Source: the human T2T-CHM13v2.0 reference genome, Homo sapiens. Taken from it: 64,000 nucleotides of DNA. Location: assembly GCF_009914755.1 (NCBI RefSeq), contig NC_060935.1. One strand, written 5' to 3'. Positions 1 to 12,449 of this stretch are shown here, one piece after another. Under the pieces are notes generated by a model. That model was not told the DNA's origin, made no database searches, and saw only the letters and a list, made by a program, of their open reading frames with translations. Numbering within the stretch: the stretch's first letter is position 1; every line of letters begins with the position of its first letter. The translations under genes and the position numbers were made by a program.

Positions 1-59
1 TATATATAGACAGAAACCTCCATATCATTGCTGCTGATTAAAGATTAAGTGTGCGTGTC

Positions 60-235
60 ATAGAATAAGAAAACTGAGAAGAACTTAGCCCTGGTCCAAC
101 TGCCTCATCTACACTTAAGAAAAAATACCTGAATAATTGAGGAAAGTTATTTTGCAAAGGGCATGCAACAAATTAGTGGCAGAACAGAAGTAAATCTCAG
201 ATCTCCTGATTCCCACCCCAGGGTCATTCTCCTGC
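60..235 (-). mobile_element. MIR SINE fragment
   Basis: Degenerate antisense MIR core (ttagtggcagaacagaagtaaatctcagatctcctgattccca). Confidence 0.6.
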
Positions 236-429
236 AACAGGCTGTTTCCTTACCTATTCGTGGCTATCTCATTATACAGGGGTCCCAGGTTGTCAAGACA
301 AGCAGCTCTGAATAGACTGTTATGAATACATTTACGTCTCACCCCCAACTATGTTTTTAATCAACTAGAACTTAGTTCTAGATTAGTATAAATATACATT
401 CTTTGGTCCATTCTTTTGAAATAATATTG

Positions 430-1450
430 AACTTTACTAAGTTACTTACCGTTTTATCTCACATATTTTATCATTTTCTTCTGTATTTATTTCTCCTTGA
501 ATCAGAGAACTTCCCACAAGCATGTTTTCAAAGAGGATCTTCATGTAGTAAGCCTGAGGTCATGTATACCTGAGAATATCTTTATTACATCCTAATACTT
601 ATAATAGTTTACATGAATATATCAGAAATATAATTTTTTTTAGCTGGACAACTCCATTATCTTGCATCCAGTGTTGTCATTGAGAAGTCTAATGTCAGCA
701 TGATTCTTATTCTTTTTTTATTATTATACTTTAAGTTCTAGGGTACATGTGCACAACATTTGTTTGTTACATATGTATGCCTGTGCCATGTTGGTGTGCT
801 ACACCCATTAACTTGTCATTTACATTAGGTATATCTCCTAATGCTATCCACCATGGAATACTATGCAGCCTTAAAAAAGGATGAGTTCATGTCCTTTGTA
901 GGGACATGGATGAAGCTGGAAACCATCATTCTGATTCTTATTCTTTTTTAAGTGATATGATACTTCCCGGTGGAAACTAGAATTTTCTGTTTGCTTTTTA
1001 TGTACTTAATGTCTATAATGTTTCAGGTGTTCTAACCTGTTCGGCACCCAATGATTTCTCTCAACCTGAAATTCAAGCAAATTTTTGTTTATGCTTTTTC
1101 CAAATATTTCTTTTCTTCCAGTTATTTATTTTTTTTCCTTTCTACGGGCACCTTTGATTTGCATGGTGTCACTTCCATTCTATCCTCCATATCACTTGTT
1201 TTCTCTTTTATATTTCTAATATTTTTATTACATCTTGATGCTTTTTGAAGGAGTTTCTTAACCTGATCTTATAGCAAACTAATTGTTCAGCCATATTGTA
1301 ATACATTCATTTATGGAGTTCTTATTTCAACAGCCATATTTTCCTTGCCCAATTTTGCCACTTGATTCTGCTTTTTTAATTCAATCAACAATATTCTTCT
1401 ATATCTTTTTGAAAATATAAATTAGTAGTGAATGCTTGACTTATTAAGGC
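430..1450 (-). mobile_element. Old L1M/HAL1-type LINE fragment, interrupted by a young L1PA
   Basis: T-rich antisense LINE-like motifs (cctgagaatatctttatt, ttgagaagtctaatgtcag); boundaries approximate. Confidence 0.55.
701..949 (-). mobile_element. 5'-truncated, 5'-inverted L1PA (about L1PA5/6) with 18-bp TSD
   Basis: Antisense L1 3' end ttattatactttaagttctagggtacatgtgcac (719-849) joined to sense L1 segment ccatggaatactatgcagcc...gaaaccatcattct (850-932); TSD tgattcttattctttttt at 701-718 and 932-949. Confidence 0.93.
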
Positions 1451-1507
1451 CATGAATTTCATTGCATGTGGTATAGCTTATTCACTTGGCAGTCTTTCTT
1501 AAAATTA

Positions 1508-1880
1508 TTATTATTATGGTAACAACACTTAACATGAGATGTACTATCTTAACCAATCTTTAAGTGTATAAATACAATACTGTTGACCCTAGGTACAATG
1601 CTGATCAGCAGATCTCCAGAACTTACTCATCTTACATAATTGAAACTGAAACTATATACCTGTTGATTAGTAACTTCCCATTTCCCACTCCCACCACAAC
1701 CTGGCAATCACCATTCCACTCTCTGATTCTACATGTTTGGCTGTTTTAGATACTTCATATAAGTGGAATCATGCAGTATTTGTTCTTCTATGACTGGCTT
1801 ATTTTATTTAGCATAACATCTTCAAGGTTCATCCATGTGGCGTATTTCAGGATTTGGGTTTTTTTTTTAAGGCTGAATAA
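1508..1880 (-). mobile_element. L1MA8/9-like 3' end
   Basis: acacttaacatgagat...cagatctccagaactta...ggaatcatgcagtatttgttcttctatgactggcttattt. Confidence 0.8.
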
Positions 1881-2177
1881 TATTAGCTTTTTTTTTTTAA
1901 GGCTGGACAATAATTTTAAAAGATGTATGTCTATCCATACCTTTTTTGTAGTGTTTCCTGTGGGCTCATATTTCCCTGGTTGGTAATATGAAATGGGAGA
2001 CACAGCCAAACTCTCATCCCTGGTTATCGTGCCTCTCCTAATATGCTTAAACAAGAAGGGGGCATGCCCCAAAGTGGAAGACCCTGGCTCTACAGCCTGA
2101 CTCTGCCCATCATTATGTGCACAGCTCCTGCTCCCTGTCCCCAGTGTGAGGTTCCTCTGTTGATTTTAATTTACTAG

Positions 2178-2645
<468 letters not shown>

Positions 2646-3208
2646 GGGATTTTTGGTTTTAATGTTTGTTTTTGTTTGGCTTTCTAGAAAAAATCCACTG
2701 GTGGAGGGACAAGCATAGGTCCTCAAATAATAGACTGGAAATGGAAAGAAAACCTAGCTCTATAACTCCTCCACTTTATCCTCAGATCCTGGTGCCTCTC
2801 CTACCACAGCTACTGTTTTCTCCCATATAAGGATACAGGCACTTTCTCTCTCCCCAGAGCCATCCCAATTTTTAATGTTAAATGCTCAAATCTATACACT
2901 TTCTTGTCCCTTCTATGGCATTTCTGCAATTGAGTTTGGGAGAAAGAATTAGAAGTAAACGTTTTTATATCTTTTTTTTTTTTTTTTTTTTTTTTACTTT
3001 AAGTGATTTCCTACAAAACGTATGCCATGTTTCCTGAATATGAACTTGGTTCCAAATTTTCTGAGTATTTTTAATTGCATCTGATATGACTTTTGTCTTT
3101 AAAAGCTCACATTTTTTTACTTCCATGTCTTTCCTGATGTTTGGCAAATTGCTATTTAACATTTTCTGTTATCTTAAAGTTTATTGTGTTTCAAAAGAGA
3201 TGTCTAAA

Positions 3209-3620
3209 CGTTGCAGAACTTTCTCCTTAGTTCAGCTAAAACCGGGCTCTTGTCACATGACCAGGAAAGATTAGGCTCGCGGACACACACAGAAGGGTGA
3301 GGAAAACGGAATTTACTGGGGGAAAAGGAAAAAGAAAAAACTCTCACCAAAGCAAGAGTCCTGCTAGCAGGTTTCCCGCCTCACAGATTGAAGCCCAGGT
3401 CGCCACACAGGAACAGGCTCCTCCCCGCTGCAAATGGCGTGAACTTCTGGAGGCCCCACCCCGTTCTCCCAGTGCAAAGGTGGGCGTTATTCAGAAAGAA
3501 ACAGTCCGGAAGGGGCGGGCTTCATCCGGGACCAGAAGTCCGGTTTTTCAGCCTTCAGGCTGTTTTAGGCTTGAAGGCAGGGTTTCGCTGGGGACCCTTG
3601 GCTGCCTCCTGCCTCTGTCA
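3209..3620 (-). mobile_element. ERV1-class solo LTR (MER48/MER50-like)
   Basis: Minus strand begins TGACAGAGGCAGGAGGCAGCCAAGGGTCCC and ends TGCAACG (probably from TGCAACA); GC-rich; flanks taaa/taag resemble a 4-bp TSD. Confidence 0.8.
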
Positions 3621-4412
3621 TAAGCATAAACCATAGATTTGGAGGAATGCATGATGAGTCAGAAAAGCCTTCCCATTCTGGGATCTAGTTGAGATTCTCT
3701 GTTGGGCTAGGAAGAGAGGGTCTGAGAGAAACAAAATTCCTGTAGAACTTGTGGGTCCCTTGCAAAAAGAAGCTTGGTGAAGAAATGCTAAACTCTCAAA
3801 CAGAACTGATGAATATAAGAGGGGAACTCAGATCCCTGGGAGACACAGACTTCGGAGGTGAAAGTCTGGGTGTTGTGTCAGCAAAGACTGGCCCATAGCT
3901 GCCTCACAGAGTGTCCCTCGCTCTGGTGGAGTCTGAGAGCCACTGAGAAATCCTGGGCAGCCAAGATTGCCATGGAAATTGTCAGGGTCCTAGGTGGTCC
4001 CACAGAGTGCCTGGTGGCCTGGTGGCTTGACATGGACTGAGAGTTGCAGGTTCAATTCTTTGGAACCAGAAGGGTCGTAGAAGAAATGAGGAAATTCTAG
4101 GAACCTAAAAAACTGTTTTCAGTTAGAAACATGTGACAATTAGCAACCATAATAGACTAATTACAGACAATGGAATGTGAATGAGGATTACTCACAAATG
4201 TTGGTCTCTATAAAAGACAAGCCTTGGTACAGCATCACACTCCCATCCCCCGATTCTGGGGAGAAAGACAGGGCATCCCAAATCAACTGAAACTAAGCAC
4301 TACAGTTTCAGTGGTATGAAGACTCACAATATAATTTTTTTTTCTGTTCTAGAAACTCACATTTCTTCTATCTCATTACCTGTGGTCAGAAATTACCTCA
4401 TGTGGCTTCAAC

Positions 4413-5286
4413 AGGGCATTCTGTACTAACCATGGTAAGCAATCTGCTCAGTCCCCAAAGCATAGGTTCATGTCTGCCACAAATAGAAAGCCCTTCCTTA
4501 CACCTCACACAACTTCATCTTCTAATGCCTGAGTGTTGCAAGGGAGCTGGTAGCAGTCTCCCCTTCACTTGAATCCTAATGTAACCATGATTGAACAATC
4601 TGGACCATGTGAAAACTCTGCATTTATTTCTGTATAATCACCCATGTAACTATACTGGTCTTCTATATTATACCAAAATGAGAAGAACAAGTCTTGTTAA
4701 AAGATATAATTCAGTACAGAATCTAAAACCACCACAGAGTGATGCCTGTCAGTTTGACAAAGCATTTAAGCCCTTACTGGGTTTAATGGCAGGCAATGGC
4801 AAATCTCTTAAGGTTTGTAGCAGTGGCTGTCAAGGTGCACATGTTTTTGCATGTAAAGGTCATTTTATTTCTACCTTAACTATTATATAATAATTAACAT
4901 TTTGTCACTTCCTTTATTTGACATTTTGCATATACTTTACATACATTAATTCATTTAACCTTTACAAAAATCTGTGAGCTAAGGACTATTATCTCCATTG
5001 ACAACTCAGGAATCTAATGGCAATGAGCTCAAGGCAACAGAGGTATTGATGACCAACCCAGGTCTACAGGCTTCCAAAGCCTATTCTTAACCATTAAGCT
5101 ATTCTATCATCCCAGTAGGTCTTTTCTCCCCAGTGCAAACTGTCCCAACAAATGTAATTAAAAAGAAAAATATCTGGTCATTTAGGGACACCAGCCATGA
5201 AAATGTATTTCTAATTCAGGAAGAGGAGGCGGGGGAGGGCACTCTCTACTAACCATGGTAGGCAATCTGTTCAGTCCCCAAAGCAT
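4413..5286 (+). repeat. Dispersed 51-bp direct repeat (4413-4463 and 5236-5286)
   Basis: 47/51 identical by eye: agggca(t/c)tct(g/c)tactaaccatggta(a/g)gcaatctg(c/t)tcagtccccaaagcat. Confidence 0.9.
4920..5110 (-). mobile_element. MIR fragment
   Basis: ctttacatacattaattcatttaacctttacaa...tattatctccatt. Confidence 0.65.
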
Positions 5287-6459
5287 GAAGTTTGATTTTT
5301 CTTTTTATCTGGCGTTTATGTTCAAGGGAATATAAATGTCAGGAATCAAGCATTCCCTCTGGATGGTGGAGTAATAAATAACTTTCATACCATTTTGCAC
5401 AGATGCTGTGACTAAATTGAGATCAGGAAAGATATAGACAACTATAGCAGCAAACTGATGATGAATCTATTTTTAAAAGCAACTGTTAAATTAGAAAGAT
5501 TTTTCAAAAAAAAAAGCTCAGAAGGAAATAATTTGGGCACAATTCTAAGAAATTCAAAGGAGATTCAAAGCTAGAATGAATGAACAATCCACTCAGCCCA
5601 AAAAGGGCTGAGGTAATCATTTCCCAGTTCTAAATATAATTTTGAATATTTTTGAGGCATGAGGCAAAGGAAAGTTTTATACCTTGGAAGCCTTAAAGTA
5701 TTAATGGGAATAATAGTAAATATTTCTGAAATAATAAAAACCTTGTGCTCTAAATAAAATATAAAGGGGAGTATCATGTCTGTCTTTTGGGAAACATATC
5801 TAAAACCAACATATAAATATTCATCATAAGTTAACTCGATTTAATTCCTTTAGCAAAAATTTTGAACCACTCCAGCTCAGTGATAAAATTCTTGGATATT
5901 TTTCCTAAGGACTAACACAAAAATGTCAATAACAACAAATATTCAATGAAGCATTATTTTGTAATAGCAATATATTAGAAATAAAACCAGAAAAGGAAAC
6001 TAATAATATAAAGGAAACAATTATTTATCAGGTATAATCTGGGTACTTTACTGATGTTATTGTACTTAATAGTAATAATCTAGATATACTTTTCCTAATG
6101 AGCAAATAAGTGCAAAGTAGTTAGATTACCAGTCAAAGATTAAACGGTTGGTTAATAAAGGAACAAAGTATAATCTAAACAACATCTAATAAATGGATGG
6201 TTAATTATATACACCAATTTAGTATTTTTTCACAAAGTCATTAAAACTAATAGTTCTGAAGACTGTAGAACAGAATGAACAATGCTTAAGATGTAATATT
6301 TAGTTGAATATGTACACACACATATACACACACGTAAATGTCTCTGTGCTATAATTAAATATGTAAAATTATATTTACAAATAGACAATGCATAGAACAT
6401 GAAGACAGATGATATTTGTTATAGTAGTGGCATTATAAATGGCTTTCCTTAATTTTAAA

Positions 6460-6810
6460 ATTCATTATTCAAGAAATACTTATTGAGAGCCTACATCAAT
6501 GAACAAAAAGTCCCTGTCCTTGTGGAGATCATTTTATAGTAAGGGAGACAAATAATAAATGAATTAATAAATTAATATACTACAAGAAATCAATTAATGA
6601 TAAATTCTATAAAGAAAAAAAGAAGCAGAGTGCAAGGATAAAAAGATATAGGGTGTGTATTTAGAAACCTTGGTCAAAGAAGGTCTTCCTGACAAGATAT
6701 TTGCATAGTAAAGTAAGACTGAGTAAGCCACACAGATATATGGAAAAGCATCACAGGCAGGAGAAATAGCATGTGCAAAGGCCCTGGGGCTGAAATGGGA
6801 TGCCAGATAG
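6460..6810 (-). mobile_element. L2 3' fragment
   Basis: ttcaagaaatacttattgagagcctac...ggaaatagcatgtgcaaaggccctg-like L2 motifs. Confidence 0.7.
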
Positions 6811-6979
6811 ACAGTATAAAGATGGGGGGAGGTTCACGTAGAAAGTGAAAACAGGGTAAGAAAAGGGTCACAAAATTATGCCTATACTCTAATAATCCTG
6901 TTAAAAAGCACAGGAAAAAACACAGTAAAATAAAAAGTACAATATGTTGGTGATGAGTTATCTTGGTGTAATGTGATTT

Positions 6980-7700
6980 TTAAGAGTATTAATTCCTAAA
7001 CCAGATTGTCTGGGTTCAGATCTCAGTTTTGTAACCTCGGAGAATTTGCATAGCCTTTCTGTGCCTCATCTGTAAAGCAAGGCTAATAATCATAGTACCT
7101 TTAGCATTGTTGAGAGGTATGGAAGGCAGAATAAGATCCCCATAATGTCCATATCCTAATCCCTGGAACCTGTATGTTACCTTACATAGCAAAGGAGATT
7201 TAAGTTTGCAGATGGAATTAAGGTTGCTAATCCGCTAACCTTAAAATAGGAAAATTATCTGAGGTTATTTAGCTGGGCCCACTATAATCAAAAGGATCCT
7301 TAAAAGTGAAAGAAGGAGAGAGAAAGGGGGAGTGAGAGAAAGAGATGTGATCACAGAAGCAATGTCTGGCTTTGGGGATGGAGAGAGGAGCCATGAGCCA
7401 AGAAACGTGGGCAGCCTCTTGAAGGTGAACAAGGTAAGGAAACATTCTTTCCTGGGGCCTCCAGTAGAAAAAGAAAAAACGCAGTCATGCTGACGCCTTG
7501 ATTTTAGCCCAGTGAGACCACATTGGGCTTCTGAACTATAGAATTGTAAGATGATAAAGATGTGTTGTTGCAACCCACTAAATTTGTGGTAATTTAGCAG
7601 AGCAGTAACAGAAAAGTAATACAAGAAAATTAAGTGAGTTTTTGTGAGCAAAATATTTAGAATCATTCCTGGTGCACGGTGAGCATTCTATAAGCTGTTC
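6980..7700 (+). mobile_element. MIR split by an MLT1D insertion
   Basis: MIR core ctttctgtgcctcatctgtaaag...agtacct to the left of the LTR; MIR 3' part attaagtgag...cctgg to the right. Confidence 0.7.
7118..7623 (+). mobile_element. MLT1D-like MaLR solo LTR
   Basis: ggcagaataa...gtccatatcctaatccctggaacctg...ttgattttagcccagtgagac...taataca. Confidence 0.85.
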
Positions 7701-8719
7701 TAATATTTAGATGGTGTTTTCTACCATGTTTTCCAATAAACAGTAAATATTTATTTGTTAAATTAAAAAAAGGGGAAAGACTACTTAAAAGGGGAAAACT
7801 TTATCATTAGTGTTAATAACTAATACATGAAAGAAAATTTTAATTGCAAAACTAAATTAATAGAAATCTAAAACAAAAATAATGAAACAGAAAAAAAAAA
7901 CTGTTCTCTATATTAAAAATACCTATTGTTTTTAAGATATGTTCTTCAGTTGCTAACAAAATACTGACAAGTGGCTGGGACTGGAGTAGATTAAAAGAGG
8001 TTTTATTTTGGATGTGTGATTTATAGACTATGAGGAAAACCATGAATCCATTTAGAATCCAGATGTGGGTCAGCAATCTGAAGCATGGAGTCCAATAAGT
8101 TCCTTTACAGACAAGAATCATAAAAGCTTGGAATTTCACTCCTAGTAAAAGCCTCTAGGAATTTGTGAATTTCGTTTTCATTCCAACAGGAAAGTAACAA
8201 ATCAAACTGTAGCAAGTCAATCGAGAGCACCCCCTCCCTTAATTCTTGGCTCCATCAGGTCTTCACGGCACTCAAAAATTTCAGTTCCATCCAAACACTT
8301 AGCAAGCATCTCCCATATGTATGGCCAGATCCTGTGTTAAGTAGCATTGAACTTAAATACAGTCAGTACATAATCTGTAACTTTTATGGCCAAAAAAATA
8401 GTCTCACTATTTTTAAAAATTGGAACATTTACTACTCTTGCTCATTTTTTATTCAAAAATATTTATTGACTGTCCTTCTGAACATATTAAGATATGAAAT
8501 ACTTTCAAATAAACTACATGGTTTCTCAAATAGTTTGTAGAAAGGGAACAGGAAACTTTGTAGCTTTTCTACTTTACTACTTTGGAATCACTTTTAGATA
8601 TCTAATTATTTAGATGTTTGGCAAAAAAGTCAGAATATTTATAATTCCATAAGAATTATGTAACAAGATGTTTGTCAAGACGTTAGATTTTAAAGGAGTA
8701 CATTTGCTTTCTTAATTTA

Positions 8720-11110
8720 ATTTGTTTTTATTAAAATAATGCACAAAAAAGCAAATACTTGCCTCTTTCTCAATTCCAACTCCCCAGAATCAGCCACCTT
8801 CAATATTTCTGTCTGTTTCTTCTGGTGTTTACTTCCATATTTCTAAATCATTTATTTATATTTTTCCTTTATGATTTTAAAAATTTAATTGAGATCTATT
8901 AATTTCTAATATATAAGATGAGAATCTGACTCTTACAACCCTGCCCCTCGCCCTTTTACACACAAATAAATGTATTAACTCACCTTTTCCTAGTCTTCTA
9001 AAATTACAACATCACCGTTTTTGGTTTAATCAATGTTTACTGTTCACATTTTATCAATATGTAGAAATAATGTGAGTAAATCAATATAGTGTATTGTAGC
9101 TTCATTTTCTTTTTTCTATAACATCTTGCTATCTAGAATTAATAATTTCCACATTTAGTCAAATTGTTTGGTTTACTATGTAACTGTCACTCATTCCCTA
9201 ACTCTGACAGAGCTGAGTTCTAGCACAACTGAAAGCCCATCAGTTTTGCTTTTTACATTTTTTTCTTGCAAACATCCCTGCTGGAGCCTTCTTTCCTCAT
9301 GCTCTGAACAGGACCAGTTGCTCTGGAGGTCTGCCGCACCACATTTGTCCTAGACTTTTCTTCCCAACATCCTGGAAATTGCCTTTATCTTGTTTCTATG
9401 TTAAAATCTCTGTTTCCAAGACACCTTGACTTCTTCTCTCTTGGAAGATGTCATAACTTTAGGGAAGCACAGTTTTCAGGAGCTTCTTGAGAAGAATCCT
9501 TGGGACCTAAAATTGTTAAGAACTTGCAGGTCCAAAAACATCTTTCTACCTTCATGTTTGATTGTTAATTTGGCTGGATATAAAATTCTGATTTATAAAT
9601 CCATTGTTTTCTAGTTTCTTATATTGTTTGCTGGAGTCTAATCTTACCCTGATTCCCAATCATTTGTATGTAATGATCCCTCCCTCTATCCCTCTATCCC
9701 TCCAACCCAGACCCCTGGAGGTTTTTAGATTTTTCCTTTATTTCAGGTGTCCTAAAATTTTTATGGTGATATGCCTTGTTTTAGTTTTCGTTTTTGTTTT
9801 TCATCTCCATTTTCTGGTCAATCTTTCAGCCTTTTCTTTGAAACTTAATTCTCATAGTTCTGGGAAATATTTTTAGAAAGGATCCTTAATAATATTTTTT
9901 CTTTATTTCTTCTGGTCCCTCTCTTTGGAACTTCTGTTAACTTCTATTATCATATCTTTTGGCAGTCTTCAACAGATCCTTTAATTTTCTTGTCTTTTCT
10001 CATCACTTTTGGGAGATATATTTTGAAATATTTTTTCAACTTTATTTTTCAAGCTGTCCACTAAATTTTTAGTTTCTGCTATCACTTTTTAATATCCAAG
10101 ATCTTTCTTTTTAAATCAATCCATTCTTTTTTATGGGCATGTTTTCTCATTTTGTGTTTCTGAGCATATTTCAAAGCTTCATCGCTTTTCTTTTTTTCTG
10201 TTTGTTCAGTGCATTGTTAGAGTCTTTCCTCAAACATTTGATGATTTGTGGATACCTGATTGGAAATTAAGTAGCTCTGTGTGGGACTTACTAACTGATA
10301 GGCTTCACTGCAAGATGGGCAGGTATGGACACAGTTGTCTTTTTGAGGGACCATAAAAGTAGTCTCCATAGCACTTCCTCCTTGTGCAAGTTATGCTTCC
10401 CAAATGAAAATCTTCCAGGTTCATTGCTTAGGATAAAGGAAATGGTTTTACAAGTTTCACTGTTAGTGTTCAGGAAGCTGAGTGGGGTTGGGTTGGAGAT
10501 CTCATTTCCATTTGCATATTTACATTTAACATTCTCTGTTTCCAGTAAAGGGACTCCTCTAACTTACCTGCAGGTGTGTGCAGCTTCTCCAATTTGAGGA
10601 CCTGTGTGCTTTTATCTAGAGAATGTGTTTACTAGCTTGTGTTTACTGTCTAGAGAATGTGATTCATTCTCTCTAGAGTGAACCTCAAATCCTTGGCCAG
10701 TGTATGGGGGAACCGTGGCCCCAGGAAAGAAGATCTGGGGATTTAATCACCAATATATATAAATATTTTCAACCAATCCATCTTTTTAAGCCCCATCCTG
10801 AGCCTCCTACTTTTCCAGATACCCATGGTCCCAAATTCCTGTGCCTTCCTCAAGTTCTGCAGGATCAATCGGTTTGCTTTCATTGGCTTTTCATACTACA
10901 GGCTTGGATCTCTGATCTTTCAGGCCACTTAAGTCAGTTACTTTTAGTTCTTCCAAGTTTCTACTTCCAAATTTAAAAAAAATTATTTGTTACAAGTTTA
11001 TGCTTTTATGTCCTTGTTAATTTATGCCTCTTAAACTTTCTTTTATTGTCATTCTAGTGAGACTTGGGGGATGAAGCAGAAGAAAACATGTATGTTTATT
11101 CTGCCATGTT
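8720..11110 (-). mobile_element. HAL1/L1ME-type ancient LINE
   Basis: Long T-rich antisense tract with HAL1-like motif ggaccagttgctctggaggtctgccgcac; ends approximate. Confidence 0.6.
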
Positions 11111-11269
11111 TATCTGAAACAATCTCTTTTATTTTATAAAATAATTCAATATTCTTTATTATTTTCATAATAATATTTAGAGATTTTGTAAATATGAAGC
11201 ATTTTCTTAAGTAACTATATAGTGATTGCAAGTAGAGGCATCCTTAGATGCCCGTATTTTTAATTTTCA

Positions 11270-11490
11270 ATATGTAGTAGTTAAAAGTGTAAAAACTGGA
11301 AATTAACAGACATAGAATTGAATTATGGTATAGCCACTTACTGTTTGTGTTATCTGAGGCAAGTTATTTAACTTCTCTAGGGTTTTGCTCCATTTTCTAT
11401 AAATTGGGACTAATAATGACACCTATCACATAGTAAAAATTAAATGAGATAATTCATGTAAACCTTCCAGAACATAGTAAGATGCCAGAT
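11270..11490 (+). mobile_element. MIR
   Basis: gccacttactgtttgtgttatctgaggcaagttatttaacttctct...aaatgagataattcatgtaaa. Confidence 0.8.
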
Positions 11491-11550
11491 GATCATTTTA
11501 AATATCCTATAACAACGTTCTGCTTTTACAGGGCAAAGATACTAACTCTT

Positions 11551-12038
11551 GCTTCTTTTTCTTTTTCTTTTTTTCTCCAGGTTTATTGAAAATGTTACAA
11601 CATTTCAGAAAGATTCAAACAGCTCCATGTGGTGGATAGTCCAATCTGCAGGTCACTCAGCCTACAGTTGGGATGAATTTCCCAAAGTCCAAACCTTCAG
11701 CATTTCTCCAGTATCAAGATCTACTTCAGTGATCTCCTGATCCAAGCCTGAGACCTCAGGAGCATAATTATCTCTCCTTTCTCTCTTCTTCTCCTGCAAC
11801 CTGATGGAAATACCTCTTACTGGGCCCCTGTGAATCTGCTTCTTCAGATGCGTGACTCAGCCTGCTATCTTGTTGCAGAGCTTCTTGCTGGGGATAATGA
11901 CAGTCTTCACCCACTTGCTTGTTCATGTGGAAATCATTACCGGGGTGCATGTAATACTTTTCTATGATGACCCAGGCTACCTTCTTCACTGTTTTGGTGT
12001 GAAGGCTGCCCATCTTGGCAGGTCCTTGGTAAAAGAGG
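11551..12038 (-). pseudogene. RPS17: Processed pseudogene of 40S ribosomal protein S17
   Basis: ATG at 12013 gives [21 protein letters not shown] (parent [21 protein letters not shown]); intronless; pyrimidine-rich 5'UTR CCTCTTTTACCAAGGACC; frameshift after KQVGE and premature TGA in [13 protein letters not shown]; stop 11615-11617; AATAAA 11582-11587; poly(A) remnant 11551-11574; possible TSD aactctt. Confidence 0.96.
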
Positions 12039-12449
12039 CCAAACTCTTTATACTTAAAAATTTACTTTGCTCATCTTACAGCCTTTTACATCTAAATATA
12101 GTTTCATCAAGTAACATTCTTACAATTATATTCATTTTTTATTAACCCTAATTTTGAACAGCAAATTCACTTTACTAGCATACTGAGGCAATCAATGACA
12201 TAATTTGGATTTTGCAGTGATTAAATAGAGGATTGGAAGAACATTAAGAGGGGAAAGAGCAAATCAGTAAATTTTAACCTTAGGAGGTAGAATGCTCAGC
12301 AAGAGGCCTGGGATATGTAGCTTTCAGGGTTCAGTTATGAATTCAATTATGCACCCCATAATTCTTCATCTAAATCATTAGCTTACAGTCTCAATTGTCA
12401 TCAGACACAGCAGGCATTTGGAACTTAGGTGCTTTGGGGAGAAGAGCAG

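Noticed and set aside
2972-3005. Long T-run followed by actttaagt as a tiny L1 insertion
   Set aside because: Only about 9 nt resemble L1 and there is no convincing TSD.
11768-12013. 81-aa ORF as a functional RPS17 paralogue
   Set aside because: It frameshifts out of RPS17 after about 36 codons; the true frame has a premature stop and an inversion.
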